Shown: positions 1-13,187 of the stretch, piece after piece
How positions within the stretch are numbered: position 1 is the first letter of the stretch
Layout of the letters: each line of letters starts with the position of its first letter
NCBI RefSeq assembly: GCF_009914755.1
Contig: NC_060931.1
Direction: 5' to 3' (one strand)
Origin: the human T2T-CHM13v2.0 reference genome, Homo sapiens
DNA: 64,000 bases
The notes under the pieces: model-generated
Told to the model about the DNA's origin: nothing
What the model saw: only the letters and a program-made list of their open reading frames with translations
Databases searched by the model: none
Program-made: the position numbers and the translations under genes

Positions 1-1315
1 AGCAGTGCACTGAGCATACCTTTTCTTGGGTTCCAAGGTGGCATACGCTGGCACCAGTGTTGGCAGGTCTAGGCAGGCTGATTCTTGGGCCTCCAGGCAG
101 CTTGTTAAGGTGTAGGTAGTGGCAATGGTGGGCTAGGTGGGTAGGTGGACCCTCAGGTCCCTTGAAATGCTGCATGGGCGATGGCAGTAACAATGTGGGA
201 GAATCCTGTCTCCCAAGTGATCTATGCAGGGTGTGATGGTGGCTGTGATCAGCTGGGTGGACCAATACCCAGGCCTGCAGGTGGCAGGGGCAGGTGGGTG
301 CCAGCTATGGTGGTAGTGGCAGTTCAGGCAAGGCCAAACGCAGGCTCCTGGGAGGAGTGTTCAGGTCCCAACAGTGGTGGTTAAGGCTGGGCTGGCTGAC
401 CTGTCCTCAGGCCTCCCAGTGGTACGTGAGGCTTTGGCTGTGGTAGGCAGGTGGGGTGATCACCAGACACATGGTTGAATGTGAGACTGGGGGCAGCAGT
501 GGCTGTGCTGTGGTCCTGCTACTGGGGAGTGTGGGATTTCTTTCAGTGGCAGCAGCTATATGCAGGTGGGGAGTGTGTTCTTTGGCCTCAAGTGTTCGCT
601 GTACGTGAGGTAGCCTATCCTCGGGGTGCTTATGAATGTGTGGTGGCTTTGCTGCTAGGGGAAGCAGCGTGGCTGCCAGTGGCTTGCCCTTTGGTGCCAG
701 CAGCTGTGGGCAAGAGAGTCTGTCCCTGGGCCATGTGAAAATGCATGGTGATTCCATTGCTTGGGGCATAAGTGTCACTGTCAATGGCTCATGCTTCAGC
801 CCTGGCAACAGCAGTCAGCCACAGCAGTAGCTGCAAGCAGAGAATTTCAATGAGTCTCCAGGGATATGGAGATTCAGGGGCTGCCTTGCTGTAGCTACTT
901 AGGACTCAGAGTTGTGTAGGACACAGTGTGAGCTCCCTGTCTCGATCAATGCAATTGTGTGGTCTCCAGGCAGCCCCCTACATTAATCTCACGGCTCATG
1001 GTGGTTAAGGGATTCTTTCAGGGCAAGGATTTTAGGAGTTCGTGGTGGGAATGTAAATCATTAGAGGTCTCTCACTTACCCCTTCCTCACTTTGGAGAGC
1101 CTCTTCAGACTCCTAGCCCATCCCCGGCAAGCAGGCTGCCTTGCTTCCCCTCTCCTTCCATGCTTTTGATGTTTTGTGTCACTTCTTTGTTGAATTCGAA
1201 TGTTCTCTTTTAGATGATGTATTTGAAGTGTAATTCTCTACGTGCTATTTTGGTTCCCCTTTATGAAGAAGGCAAGTACCAGATGCTTCAGGTTAGACAT
1301 CTCAAAGCCCCTCCT
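1..1315 (-). mobile_element. Old L1 5' UTR region (L1PB/L1M1-2-like 5' end)
   Basis: The block ends in ...ggcaagtaccagatgcttcaggttagacatctcaaagcccctcc, the reverse complement of an L1M/L1PB-type 5' terminus. It is preceded by degenerate G-rich ggtggcag-type 5'UTR repeats. Confidence 0.6.
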
Positions 1316-2349
1316 AGATATTTTAGAAAGCTTTTGAGCAGCCAAAAGTTTGACTCAGGTATAGCTTGGTTCTTTTAAAAGCCAGTGTTATAATATTCTT
1401 TAGCCTTTCGAATTTTAAATATAAAATTTGATATATTGAACATTACAATGGGTACTTCGTGCATTATGCATCTTTCGTTCTTCTTCATAAACTCCTAACT
1501 TTCTATTTCTACTCTACCAAATTCAGCCACTTCCCATGAAGAAAACCAGAATAAAATGCCCTGTTTCAAATTCAGAATCAGGTTACATTTCTGGTCAATG
1601 ATTATGCATAAGAAATACATTTTTGGTGACCAAAGCTCTGTAATTTTTAGTGACTAACTATAGGGAAAACATTTACAAAGAAAAGATGTAGTCAGTGTCT
1701 ATGTAGCTTACACATACTGATATTCCCCAGAGTCCATTCGACATGTTCTCATTTCATAATGCATTGTTGGTACTGCCTATCTCAAACAACTAATTTAGGA
1801 GCAGTTTACACACAAGAGGAGTGGCCAAAATTGGAATAAAGCCAATCTTCTCAACAGGCCACTCACATGTGGCATCTGTACACATGGCCTGGATGTCTGC
1901 ACTTGATAGAAGATGAATAGTGCCAACCCTGGCAAGGGGGGAGGTAGATTAAGACCTGAATTCCAGAACTTAGTATTTTTCTTAGGATACAGAAGATTAG
2001 GACAGTTAATAAAAATGCAGAGACACACATGAAAAAAGGTGATACGAATGTAAGTGCAATCAAGGATCTGGTATCGGAAAACCTGCCTAGATAACTGGCA
2101 TCCCTTACAGAAAAATGCTTTACCCAGGTCTGCCTCATCTTATGAGCCAGGCTTACATTTGGGGAAAGACCAACAATTTATCGGCCATTTGTTGTGTTGA
2201 AATTGGTTTATGTAGATCACTCTGATAATTGCTGCTGGGTCATAGCAAAAAGAAAGTGGGATGAGAAAAGCAGAACTAAAAGAAAAAGCAAAAACAAAAA
2301 TTGATACTCCTGCAAAGATCAGACTTTCTTTTAATTCTGATTTTGGCAA

Positions 2350-3370
2350 TGTATTGGTGAGCAACTGGTGACATGGTTTGCTTGGCTATAAGAATCTCTG
2401 GGTCAATGGGGAATAGCTGTTTATTCCCCCAGGGAAGAATTTCATGAGGTCAGGTGAGTACCTGGATAGCCCATGCAGCAGAAAGCCACTGGTCAAATTG
2501 CTAATAATGATGGCCTCGTGTTTAGCTTGGTAGAAAAGCAGCAACTCATGTCAAGGAAAAGGTCGGAAGAGAGTTGGTGTATGATCTGGGTAGGTCGTCA
2601 TGCAAGAGGGAACCTGTCCCAATACAAGTGGTGCCACAAGTCCTTGAGCTGAGGGTGTCAGGGAATCAACTAGTATCAAGCACATGTTGAATTCATTAGT
2701 GGCAGGGACCCACAGTGGGGGAAATCCCAGCTAGCTATGGTACTGGAAACTGTAGTCCCTGTAATTTGGTGGGTTATCATCATCCTAGAATTTGCTACTA
2801 GCCTAGAGAATGCCAGCTTTGTAATTGGTACACAGTACCACATTGGCCTGAGAAAGGAGGTAGTTAAGGGCCAAAAGAGGCACAAGTAGTAACCAGGTTA
2901 AAGCATGGGTGAAGGAAGTTGAAATTGACAGACAGTCCATGGTAATGTTCTTAAAATATGAGTACTTAAAATATGAGTACCAAATTAAGCATGAAACCCA
3001 GTCAGGACCCTGTTGATTCTCCACTCAGCCCTGATGCAAATATTGGATCTGTAAATCACCCAGGGTCTCTAGGGAGGGGACCATCTGCTGCAATGAAAGG
3101 GCCCGAGGTATACTGGAAGTCAATCTAGGAAGGCCCAAAAAGAAGTGTAGTGGAAGCATACACTGAAGGTCCTTGAGGGACCGAAATGCAGGTTGGGAAG
3201 AGACTATACTAGCTTCCCTGCAGCAGCAGCGAGCAAGCCCTGTTACCTAGTTAGGATGGAATATATCCTAGAGGAAGCTGCTGCTATGGCAGTCCTTGGG
3301 AAATCACAGCATGTTCTAGCACAAAAGCCAAAGTGGAGCCAAGTAGTGGATGCCAAAGGATAGTGGATAT
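2350..3370 (+). mobile_element. Possible ERVL-class internal (gag-like) remnant
   Basis: Contains gaaactgtagtccctgtaatttggtggg, gaaattgacagacagtcc and a terminal gtagtggatgccaaagg, resembling HERV16/ERV3-16A3-type internal sequence and its 3' end. Heavily diverged. Confidence 0.3.
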
Positions 3371-3454
3371 AGAGGAGTTAAAGGAAGAGCAGCTTTTGAC
3401 AATGAAAAAATGAGGGTAATCTGCCACATAAATTCTCCTTATCACAGATGTTAT

Positions 3455-3600
3455 ACCTCAATGGAGATGGTAGAGCCAGCCAGGGACATTTCAAAATTTT
3501 AGGAAGCTTTTTTCCTTTGGTCACAATGACTCAGAAATGCTGAGATTCAGTGAGAAAGGTCAGGGATATAATGCATCTTGCAATCAAATAATTATGCTAC
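3455..3600 (+). mobile_element. MER20B-like hAT-Charlie fragment
   Basis: gggacatttcaaaatttt...ggtcacaatgact...cagggatataatgcatcttgcaat resembles the MER20B consensus. Confidence 0.35.
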
Positions 3601-3805
3601 AGACTGCACAACTTCCAAGTTATCTCACTAGATGTTTACCTAGATTAGTAAATTCTACCTATATTTTCTGAGCCTAGAGCCCAACTTCTTTTATAAATAA
3701 ACACAAAATATTGTTGTATAGTTTGAGCATACATTGAGTCTTCCAACAATAACTGTAAATTGAGAGAAGATTGTGTTTGGATTGATTGGAATGATTCCAT
3801 AAACT

Positions 3806-4549
3806 TGACAGCCTAAATAACAAAGAGAAGTTTCTAAAAGAAAAGATGTTTATTTGGGAATAGGACATTACAATAGGAATATGCAAACTATGTGCGTATT
3901 CAGGGAGGTAAAGAAAGACAAAGGTTTTTAAAGGAAAAAATGAGGAGGATTACCTAATTGTTTTAAAGTAATTATTTTAATTGCCTAGAAAGAGCAATAA
4001 GGAGGGTGATGCCAGGCCAAGTTTGGACAGGCAGTTGCTGTGCAGATGTACTTGCATAAGTATTTTTTTGTATAAGATTGCAAATGGCCTTTGTTCAATT
4101 TTGTGGTTTTTCTAGCGTCTTTTTTGTTATCAGGCACACAAGTGTGAGAAGCCTCTGTTCATGCCTTTCCCTGGCTCTATTTGTCAGGGTTTTCTTTTTT
4201 TTTGAGACAGAGTCTCACTCTGTCACCCAGGCTGAAGTGCAGTGGCACGATCTCCACTCACTGCAACCTCCGCCCACTGCAACCTCTGCCTCCTGGGTTC
4301 AAGTGACTCTCCTGCCTCAGCCTCCCCAGTAGCTGGGACTATAGGCGCGTGCCACCATGCCTGACTAATTTTTGTATTTTTAGTAGAGACAGGGTTTTTC
4401 CATGTTGGCCAGGATGGTCTCGAACTCCTGACCTTAGGTGACCCACCTGCTTCAGCCTCCCAAAGTGCTGGATTACAGGCATGAGCCATCATGCCCAGTT
4501 GGGTTTTCTTAGTATTAGTGACTTCATTTTTACTCTGACAACTTTCTCA
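3806..4549 (-). mobile_element. ERV1 (MER4-group) solo LTR, MER65-like, split by an Alu
   Basis: The minus strand begins tgagaaagttgtcagagtaaaaatgaagtcactaa (MER65-type start). There is a minus-strand AATAAA near 3850 and the element ends ...ttaggctgtca. Confidence 0.7.
4195..4498 (-). mobile_element. AluS
   Basis: Full dimer with poly-T at left. TSD gggttttctt at 4187-4196 and 4501-4510. Confidence 0.95.
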
Positions 4550-4734
4550 AGCTGTTCACCATAACAGAAAATTATGTTACTGATAGCAATGCTGCTCAGG
4601 ATATTTGGGCTACCTACACAACATGCCTGTGTTGGCAGAATTTGTACTATCACATTCATAATGACTCTACATGTAACTGCAAACATCTGGATGCTTAATT
4701 ATGTCTTATGGCACAGTTGTATCTGAGTAATTAG

Positions 4735-5625
4735 GAATTAAAATTAATTAAATTAAAAAAATATAGTAGAGAAGATAAAGCCAAAAGTTGGTTCTGAGAA
4801 AAGATAAATAAAATCAATAAACTGCTAGCAAGAGTGATGAAAAATAAGGAGAAAAACTCTAAATTACCAATATTAGAAAGGAAAAACATTACTAATCATG
4901 CATTCATCAAGAAGATAATGAGAGGATATTATTTAGAACACTATACCAATTTTAAAATTTATTTTTCAAAACGGTCAAATTTCTAGAAAAACAATTGCTA
5001 TTGTCATATGAAGTAAAAGAAGTTATAAATACCTCTATATCTATTAAAGAAATTCAATTTGAAATTTAAACCCTTCACACACTGAGAAATAACATCAATT
5101 TTACTCAAGGTCTTCCAGAAAATAAAAAAGAGGAAACGCCTTCTAACTTACTTAAGAGCTAAACATTTTCTTGATTCCTACAACCCAACAAAGACATTCT
5201 CTTTTCTAAAAAGGAAAATTAAAGACAAGGCTCTTTCTTCAACTTAGGTAAAAATTCTAAACAAAACACTTGCAAACACAATCCAGCTATATATAAAAAG
5301 GATAATATATCATGTGCAAGAAGGACTTATTCTGAGCATATGATGTTGGTTTAACATTTGACAATCAAGCAGTGTAATTTTGCAATTAACAAGAAAAAAA
5401 TTATATAGTCTTCTCAATGTATGCAGGAAAAGCATGGTAAAATTCAACACACATTCATAGTGACTCATACATAGTACATTAGAAATAGAAAGATTTTTAA
5501 ATCTCATAATGAGCATCTCAAAAACATACAAATGTAAACAAAAAATAATCTTATTAAAGTGAGAGGTGACAGCTTTACTCATGTGATTGGGAATGAAATA
5601 TGGATACATGCTACCACTCCTTACT
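4735..5625 (+). mobile_element. Old L1M ORF2 fragments
   Basis: A-rich, with L1 ORF2 motifs such as aaagccaaaagttggttc, aaatttctagaaaa and atgtgcaagaaggacttatt. Confidence 0.75.
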
Positions 5626-5633
5626 GTATAGAA

Positions 5634-5878
5634 CAGGCATCACAAACCCAAATACCTGTAAGTTTCATGAAGGTTACATAAATATTTGAACCAGGATGGG
5701 GTATAAGGCAATAGAGAGTGGTGGGCCTATGAAATTTGAGAAAGTATCTTCTGCCAGAAGTCATTCAAATTCAATTACAAAACCAAGACAAAACAAAACA
5801 AAACAAAAATAACTGGGCCAGCCAAACAAAATATTTTCAGTACAGATTTAGTTGGCAGTCTGCAAATTGGTGAACTTG
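5634..5878 (-). mobile_element. MER102-like hAT MITE (internally deleted)
   Basis: cacaaacccaaatacctg...aatagagagtggtggg...gggccagccaaacaaaa. Homologous in opposite orientation to 55008-55319. Confidence 0.5.
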
Positions 5879-6803
5879 GTTGGGGTTATTTTGGGCCCTG
5901 CCTTTGATTATTCTTTTCTATACCCAGCTGATAGGATACTAAAGTTCACATCTTAGCAGAAAAGAGTAATCATATTGATTAATACCTGAATGAGAACTTG
6001 TGTTTAAATAGATGCCAAAGCCATAAGCTAAAGTTTGTTTTATTTGGAGGAAAAGGCTGAAAAGGCAAGTCACATAATAGAAAGAATAAATAATAATGGG
6101 GTACAATATACAAAGAAAGGCTTAGACTGGGGGTCATCAGGAATAGTGATATAATAGCAAAACCACTTGTTTATGAATTATTCTAAGAAATCTCAGGGTG
6201 CCTCTGCTTGAATTTATCAAGTGTATTCACTGTACAAATGAATATGAATGAAAGAGGGATTTAAAAATGCATTAGTGAGTTGGTTGGTTTCATTCATCAA
6301 ATCCTCCCCAGCATTTTGTCATTAAAAGTGCTTTGCGTATAACAGACATTTGGGTGAAATCTCTGAATTTAATAGTTTTCCATTCTGATATCTACTGTCT
6401 TAGATGCCAACAATGAATAGGAACAGCCCTCTATGCCTCTAGACTGGTGTCATCAGCTTGCTCTTGAACTCAGAGCTGCAAACACAAGAAGGTGAAAGGA
6501 AGGCAGGCCATTTTGCTTAGGAAATGTGACCGTGGTTGGCCCAGAACTGCTTCCCTCGATTCTGCAGGGAGAGAGGTTCATGGACTCTTTGGTGCAGTGA
6601 CTTTCTGAATCTAAGCTGAACTTGGATTTTGTATTCCCTTGGAAAACCTTCTGTCAGTTTTGCAGAGGGTGAGTTCTTTGACTTTTTTCTGGAATGAAGT
6701 GGAGAGATCCTATCTAGAAGACGAAAAATCTGAACCCTATCTCATCACCTACCAGTTCCTTTGATGCATGGTATAGATTTCCAGGTCAGCCAGGCAGGCA
6801 AGA

Positions 6804-6863
6804 CTTACCCAGAGTCCTCAAAGCTTACCCAAAGTCCTCAAAGCTTACCCAGAGTCCGCAAAG
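6804..6863. repeat. Minisatellite, 20-bp unit x3 (cttacccagagtcctcaaag)
   Basis: Three tandem copies; copies 2 and 3 each differ at one position. Confidence 0.9.
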
Positions 6864-9744
6864 GAAATTTGATCCCTGAAACAAGACCAAAGAGAGCTGG
6901 TTTCTCACTTAGTGGCCAGCCTGGATTGTTGCCCATATGCCCCCTGCCGAGCATGGCACGTGGATGTGTCTATTTTCAAAAATGCCAATTTGCAGTAGTC
7001 TTTGACTGTGTTTGTATTTACTGTAACAACTGTATGTTTTAGATGCTGTGACTTGCATTCTTCTAGTTGTCTGCAGGTTTTCTTGACCTGAAGAGAACTG
7101 AGAACATTGGCAGCCACCAAGAGCCTAGGCAGGAACAAAGGGAGAGAATTCCATGCTATTTTCTACAAACTCCAACTTACCTTTGGACTAAATTATTATA
7201 AACTACCACCAATTGTCTCCAATTCATTAGGTTGCCTTTTGTGTCTTCCTGAAAACCAAGGATAGCAGAAGAAAAAAAACATCTATCTGTCTATCTATGT
7301 ATATCTTTTGTTATAGCTTGTTTGAAGAATATAGAATTACCACAGAGCCTGGTAAGACCACTTCAGTTAGAGTTTCTCATATGTAAGCTAGCTTTAAGGA
7401 GTTTCTAACACTTACTATGTTAATTAAGTTGCATAAATATTACATGGGGATGAGAGTTTGGGTGCATGTACAATTTACCAAAACACGATTCAAAGCTGGC
7501 AAGTGTCTTGTTTCTGTTTGCTATGAATGGTGTCATTTATATCAGACCCCACTTATTGATACTTGCCTTAAAATATAACTTTTTAACATGAAATATCAAA
7601 CTTTTGGGGACAAAGTTTGAATTTCTTAGAGGTAAGTCTAAGGTTTCATTAGGGAAGGAAGGAATAGATCTGAAGTCGGGGAAATAGATTCATTACTCTG
7701 GGATCTTGTGGACAGAGATCCTAATTTGTTAATGAATAGACTCTGTGCCTAAATAGTTATAGTAATTAGCAAGCACTCAGTAAATGGCTGTTGAATGACT
7801 TAGTGGTGGGGAAGTTTACTTTTGGAATTAAAGTAACTCACCAAACATACTTTTGAGGACAGACTTGGCCAAAACTATGGGCCAAATAATTATGGGCCAC
7901 ATCTTTAAAATTCCATAAATTAAATATTTTATTAAATAGGAAAAGAGCAACTGGAAACCTAGCACTGGTTTTAAAACCACAAAAAAATCCCTGGAAAAAA
8001 CATGATACACCATGGGTTTCAGTGACCTCTACCCACCTGAAATTGTGAAGATCTAAAAAGGAGGCAAATGTCAGGAGTGAAGACAACCCAAGTATCTTCC
8101 AAGAGTAAAGAAGGTATACTGGCAAGACTGATGAAGTTTACAAACACGGCAAATACTTTCTAAGAGAGATGTTTATAGCAGCTCCATTTAGTGAATAACT
8201 ATTTTGCAGTAGAAAAAATATGTTTATCAGCATAGCATCACTTTGGGAAAATCCTCCTTCACATTTTTTTTATCTACATGACTCAGGAATGCACTCTTTT
8301 CACTGGAGTTGCGAAGCTGGGAGAATGAAGACTTAAGTTGTTCAGGTTCATTTTTATCACCAGGCAGTAAGGGTCTTTCAGAGAATGAAAATAGTGAAAA
8401 GAAATTCAGAGATGAGAGATGAATACAGATCATTTTCTGATCATGTTATGAGAGTATGTGGATTCAGCTATACCGGAAACCATTCTCATACTTTTCATTT
8501 AATGAAAAACTTTTTAAAATCTATTTTTGGCATATTTCTCTCTATTGCTTTTCCTCTGTCCTTATCCAGCAATAAAATGTTTCCCTTTTAAAAATTATTA
8601 TCAAAAATATTTGTACTTTACTAATAAATGATCCATGTCTTCATTAAATTCCTTAATGTTCCACTTTGTGAGTATCTTTTCCAAATAGGAAACTATTTGA
8701 GACTTTATCATCTGAACACAAATTTTTTAAATGTCATACAGCTCAAAATGCTTTTATAGAAACTAGTTGAGAGCTTCATCCAGCTCTTTTTCAAAAGGCA
8801 GAAGAGTTGTTGGGAAGAATAAAAAGATTAACTTCCATGTATAAACAAGGTTATTGAACTAAAAGAAGTAACACAGGCATTAAAACCTCCATTTTGTCTT
8901 GTAGTCAGCCTCTGAATGTCTAGCCCCTTCTAGATGGAGAGTTGGGTTAGGGGGAATGAAAGCTCCACTCACATCTTCCTGCATCCACAATTCTAGCATT
9001 TATTACTCTCTAATTGAAAAGTCACAAATGCCAGTTCACCAAGTACTTGAGAGAGACTCAGATCTTCCTTCCTCCCTAATGTTATCATCTCAGGCTCCCA
9101 GAGATGGGACTTCTGCTTGTGAAACTTGAACTCCAGTCTTTCCTCCCTTTGCTGTTTCAACTTCCTTTGGAGATTGTAATCATCCTTTCAAGCTTGGGTG
9201 ATTTATGCTCACAGCATTTCGCTACCAATATTGGGAGCTAGGGGTATCTATCTATTCCTTGTAGCAATTGTCCTTCTTTATTTATCCCCAAAGCCCTACC
9301 AGTCGAATTTAGGGGTTTAGTAGACAAATTCAACTGATATGACTTGCTCACAAAAATTGACCCCAAACAACCAGCAGCCTCCTGTCGTGCACTATTGTAT
9401 CTAAACCTGACATCCTCTGGTTCCCCTTCTCTCCTAGAGAATCTTGGAATTCATCCCCAGTTGTAGACAAAGTGATGAGGTCATTACACCAATAACATTT
9501 ATGAAGTAATTTCAGATGGGCTTATAGATCAATTTTCTAGACAAAGACACTGAAATGTAATGGGAGCAAGGCAGCCAAACTGAGCAGAAGTAGGTGTAGC
9601 ATATCCCAACACAGCTGCTCCTGGTCCCCAGAACCCCTAATCAATCAGAATACTCCAGTGCAAGGTGGAGTCCAGCCAGATCTGAGAAGCTGTATTTTGC
9701 AGTGTCAGCTGTTCTCATAGGCAGCAGATGATTTCTGGTTTCTC

Positions 9745-10690
9745 TGGCCTGTTTCTAATATACATTGATATATTTGCCTATTCATGTGACAATACCACAC
9801 TATTTTAATTGCTGTAGCTTTATGATAAGTTTTGGTGTCTGATAAATAAGTCTTTTCATCTTGCATTTCTTCTTTAAGATGGTCTTGGCTATCTTAATTC
9901 GTCTGAATTTCCTTACACACTTTAGAATCAGCTTGCCAAAATACAAAAGATTTAAGCCTATAAGAGTTTTAATCACATCATTTTGAGGATAATTGATATA
10001 AGATGGAGTGTTATAATCCATTCATATTTTATAACACACAGTGTAGGTTTAAGTTTTCTTTAATTTCTCTTAATGTTTGTGGCTTTCTGTATAGAGGCCT
10101 AACACAACTTCAGTTAAGATTTATTCCTAGGTATATGACGTTGTGATGTTATTATAAAAGCATTTGTTAAATTTTATTTTCTGACAGTTTTCAATATAGA
10201 GAAATGAACTGATCTTTAAATATTTTTGTATACAGCAATCTTGCTGTATACTCTTTCTAATTCTTATGATTTGTCTGTGAATTACTTTAATTTTTACATA
10301 GAATCATATTGACTGCATATATCAGAAGTTTACCTTTGCTTCTTTATCTCTGAACTTTATACCATTCATGTCTTTTTTGTTGCCTTATTATATTGACTAT
10401 TTAACTATGAACTTGAGCAAAATGCTGCATAGAAAAGATAACACCTGTGCCTTGTTCCCAGTTTCAAAGGGAATAATTCTATTTTTATCGCTAAGTATGA
10501 CATTTGCTGAAGTTCTGTTGTTTTTGGTTTTTTGTAGATATTCTTTTTCAGATTATCAAGGGTCTGTTTTAACCTAGTTTGCTAAGAGTATGTGTTTTTC
10601 TTAAATCATGAATGTTGAATTTCATCATACACGTTTTCTTCTTCTGCCAAGATTATCATGATTTTGTTCTTCAGTCTATTATTGTGTCAC
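9745..10690 (-). mobile_element. Old L1M ORF2 fragment
   Basis: T-rich antisense L1 motifs: aataccacactattttaattgctgtagc, tttagaatcagcttgcc, atcatgaatgttgaattt. Confidence 0.8.
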
Positions 10691-10919
10691 ATACTAAGAG
10701 TGAGATGCCATACAAGTGCTGGGAGTAAAAAAAAAAGTTCTGAGGAGGGCAGGAGCCCGATTATTTCAAGCAGACATCACACTGTTTATATGAATAGCAA
10801 TTACAAATAAGTACATGTAAACAAAAGCCATAGGTTGCAAACATAGAAAAGTTGGATACAGATGTTGAGAAGAAGAGGTACCAAAAGGAAAAGCAATGAC
10901 ATTTTAAAATATCTATGAG

Positions 10920-11105
10920 AGCTTAGCATTATTGCAACTTGTTAAGCACTTACTACATGTATTAACTGACTTATCCTCAAAACAAACCTATTATTTCCAC
11001 TTAAGAGAGAGGAAGCTGAAGCTCATAGTGGTTAAATAACATGTCCAATGTTGCCCAGTGAAGTGCTGATGATGGAATTCCAACTGGCTCCAAACCTCAA
11101 CTCTC
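10920..11105 (-). mobile_element. MIR
   Basis: gttaagcactttactacatg...gagaggaagctgaagctc...ggttaaataac MIR core. Confidence 0.6.
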
Positions 11106-11613
11106 AAGTTTCTTTTGGAGAAGGCAACAAAACATACTGGTTAAGGATTTGTACAGGGTTTAGTTTTGATAAGCAATGTTTTTTGAAGTGATATTCTTAT
11201 AGGTGGAAATATTAACAGATAAGAAGAAACTGTACTCTGAACTATTTCACAGAGACTATTCATGTGTAGTTTATTTATAAAGTCTGCAATTCTTTTATTC
11301 TGGGCACTGTCACATAAATTTCTCTAAACGAAAGAACTTAATTGTGTGCTTTAGGGGCTGTGGGCAGAGAAAAAGATTGAATGCTTTTCTTCCTTGTGGT
11401 AGAATAAATTCTTCGATTCCCCTCATTCCTTCCTACATGAAAACTGAGCATTCTCATAATACTTCCTAAAACAGCGCCTGTTCCTGTTGACAGTGTTAAC
11501 CACTTCAACTCTTCAGTGATGCGCTGTGACAACATCACGTTCCTTAATCTTTCTTCTGTTCTCCTGTTTCTTCTGGCTTCTTCATGGGCTCCTCCATTTA
11601 TATTTAAAATGTC

Positions 11614-11855
11614 GAGGTCAAGAGATCGAGCCCATCTTAGCCAAGATGGTGAAACCCCATCTCTACTAAAAATACAAAAATTAGCTGGGCATGGTGGCAG
11701 GCGCCTGGAGTCCTAGGTACTTAGGAGGCTGAGGCAGGAGAATCACTTGAACCTGGGAGGTGGAGGTTGCAGTGAGCCGAGATCCCGCCCTGCACTCCAC
11801 CCTGGTGACACAGCGAGATTCCGTCTCAAAACAGAAAAAACAAACAAACAAAAAC
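11614..11855 (+). mobile_element. 5'-truncated Alu (AluSc-like)
   Basis: Starts at gaggtcaagagatcgag, has a complete right arm and an A-rich tail. Confidence 0.9.
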
Positions 11856-11859
11856 ATGT

Positions 11860-12075
11860 CAGGAAATGATGAGCAGTAAACTGAGAAGGATGTTAACTCT
11901 GAGGAGGAAGAAAGAAAAATAGAGACAGTGAGGGGTATACAGGGCTCTAAAATTCAGGTTGAAAGATTTTGTGCTAAAATAGGGCAACACTTTATGTGAA
12001 GAATGTTCAATATGTTCTTCTCTACTCTTTTCTATGTGTTTGAAATATTTCATCACTTAAAGAGGAAAAAATAAA
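11860..12075 (+). mobile_element. L1ME-type 3' end
   Basis: ...tctatgtgtttgaaatatttcatcacttaaagaggaaaaaataaaa 3' terminus motif. Confidence 0.5.
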
Positions 12076-12478
12076 AATCAGAATGGGTTCTCGAGTTTTG
12101 ACAGCTATGAAGTTGGTGAATCTATGACTTTAGTCTCACGTTCTCATTTTAGGACTCTGTTTCTTTCTTTATAAGATTATTTTTCATTCTCAAGTTCTCG
12201 GAATGCTTTTATGATGTTATGTTCCACTGCTTTCCTAATTTACACCATATGAAACTTCAAAAGGTTTGCTTAGGCAATGCATTCAAATTAGTTGTTTTAG
12301 AAGGGGACTGCAAGGACTGTCTTATTGCACTGAAGGCAGTGCCCTCACTTGAATTTAGGCTCTTCTGTTAACTGAATAAATGAACGTAAAATCAGTGTCT
12401 TAAATTAGCATCACAGGTCTAAAAATAGGATGTGTTATGCCATGCTCAGATTGGGTCAACAGTGAAATGAGGTATGTA

Positions 12479-13030
12479 TGTAACTAAAAAAGAGTCACAA
12501 TGCCAGCAAATGCAAAGGAGAACTTTATTTCTAAGGGGGGTATGTCCTGCAGGTGGAAAGCGAGCCTCCAACCTTGAATGTAAAGCCATGATTCAAATGA
12601 GAGAAAGAAGAAGTAGGTATTTATGCTAAGTGGGGAGGCAGAACATACATATTCAATAGGATATAGGAACATGTTATGAATATTCATGAAAAGCACCAAA
12701 CATATGCATATTATGTGTATGAGACATATGGCGACGAATGACCCATGTTCGCTTTGGGATGGAGATTTAACATTTTAATGCATTATAAATAGGTCCTACA
12801 TGGTAAAAGGTGAAATGTAGGGAACAAGTCCAGGAACTGTGCATCCTCTGGAGACCAGTTGAAACCAGTCTGCAGCCGGCAGTCATTTATCAAGAAGGGA
12901 GGTGGAGGCAAATGGGAGATGGCCAGCCTTTGTCCTGCCATGGCCAGGAATTTAGCATTTTGGGGTCTTTTAGCCAGAGGAGAATCCGTTAGTCTGTGGA
13001 AGATATTTAGGACATATATTTCAGTCTTCA
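12479..13030 (-). mobile_element. ERV1 MER4-group solo LTR (subfamily uncertain)
   Basis: TG...CA ends and a minus-strand AATAAA (aactttattt near 12525). Also contains atgaatattcatg and the typical ...ttggggtcttttagccagaggagaatcc... terminal segment. Confidence 0.6.
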
Positions 13031-13187
13031 GTTATGTGCTGAAGAAGTTTTCCCACTTGTTTTGGAAAAGTGTATTTCCATTCAACTCACCAGAGATCGG
13101 GGTCTCCTCCTACCATTTAATCCCAAGCTAAAATTTCAGAAAATGTTTCCCAAATGATTTAGCAGAACGTGACCACTCTACTTCAAA

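Noticed and set aside
6804-6863. CRISPR-like appearance of short repeats (also 58901-59071)
   Set aside because: No unique spacers, eukaryotic context and no cas genes.
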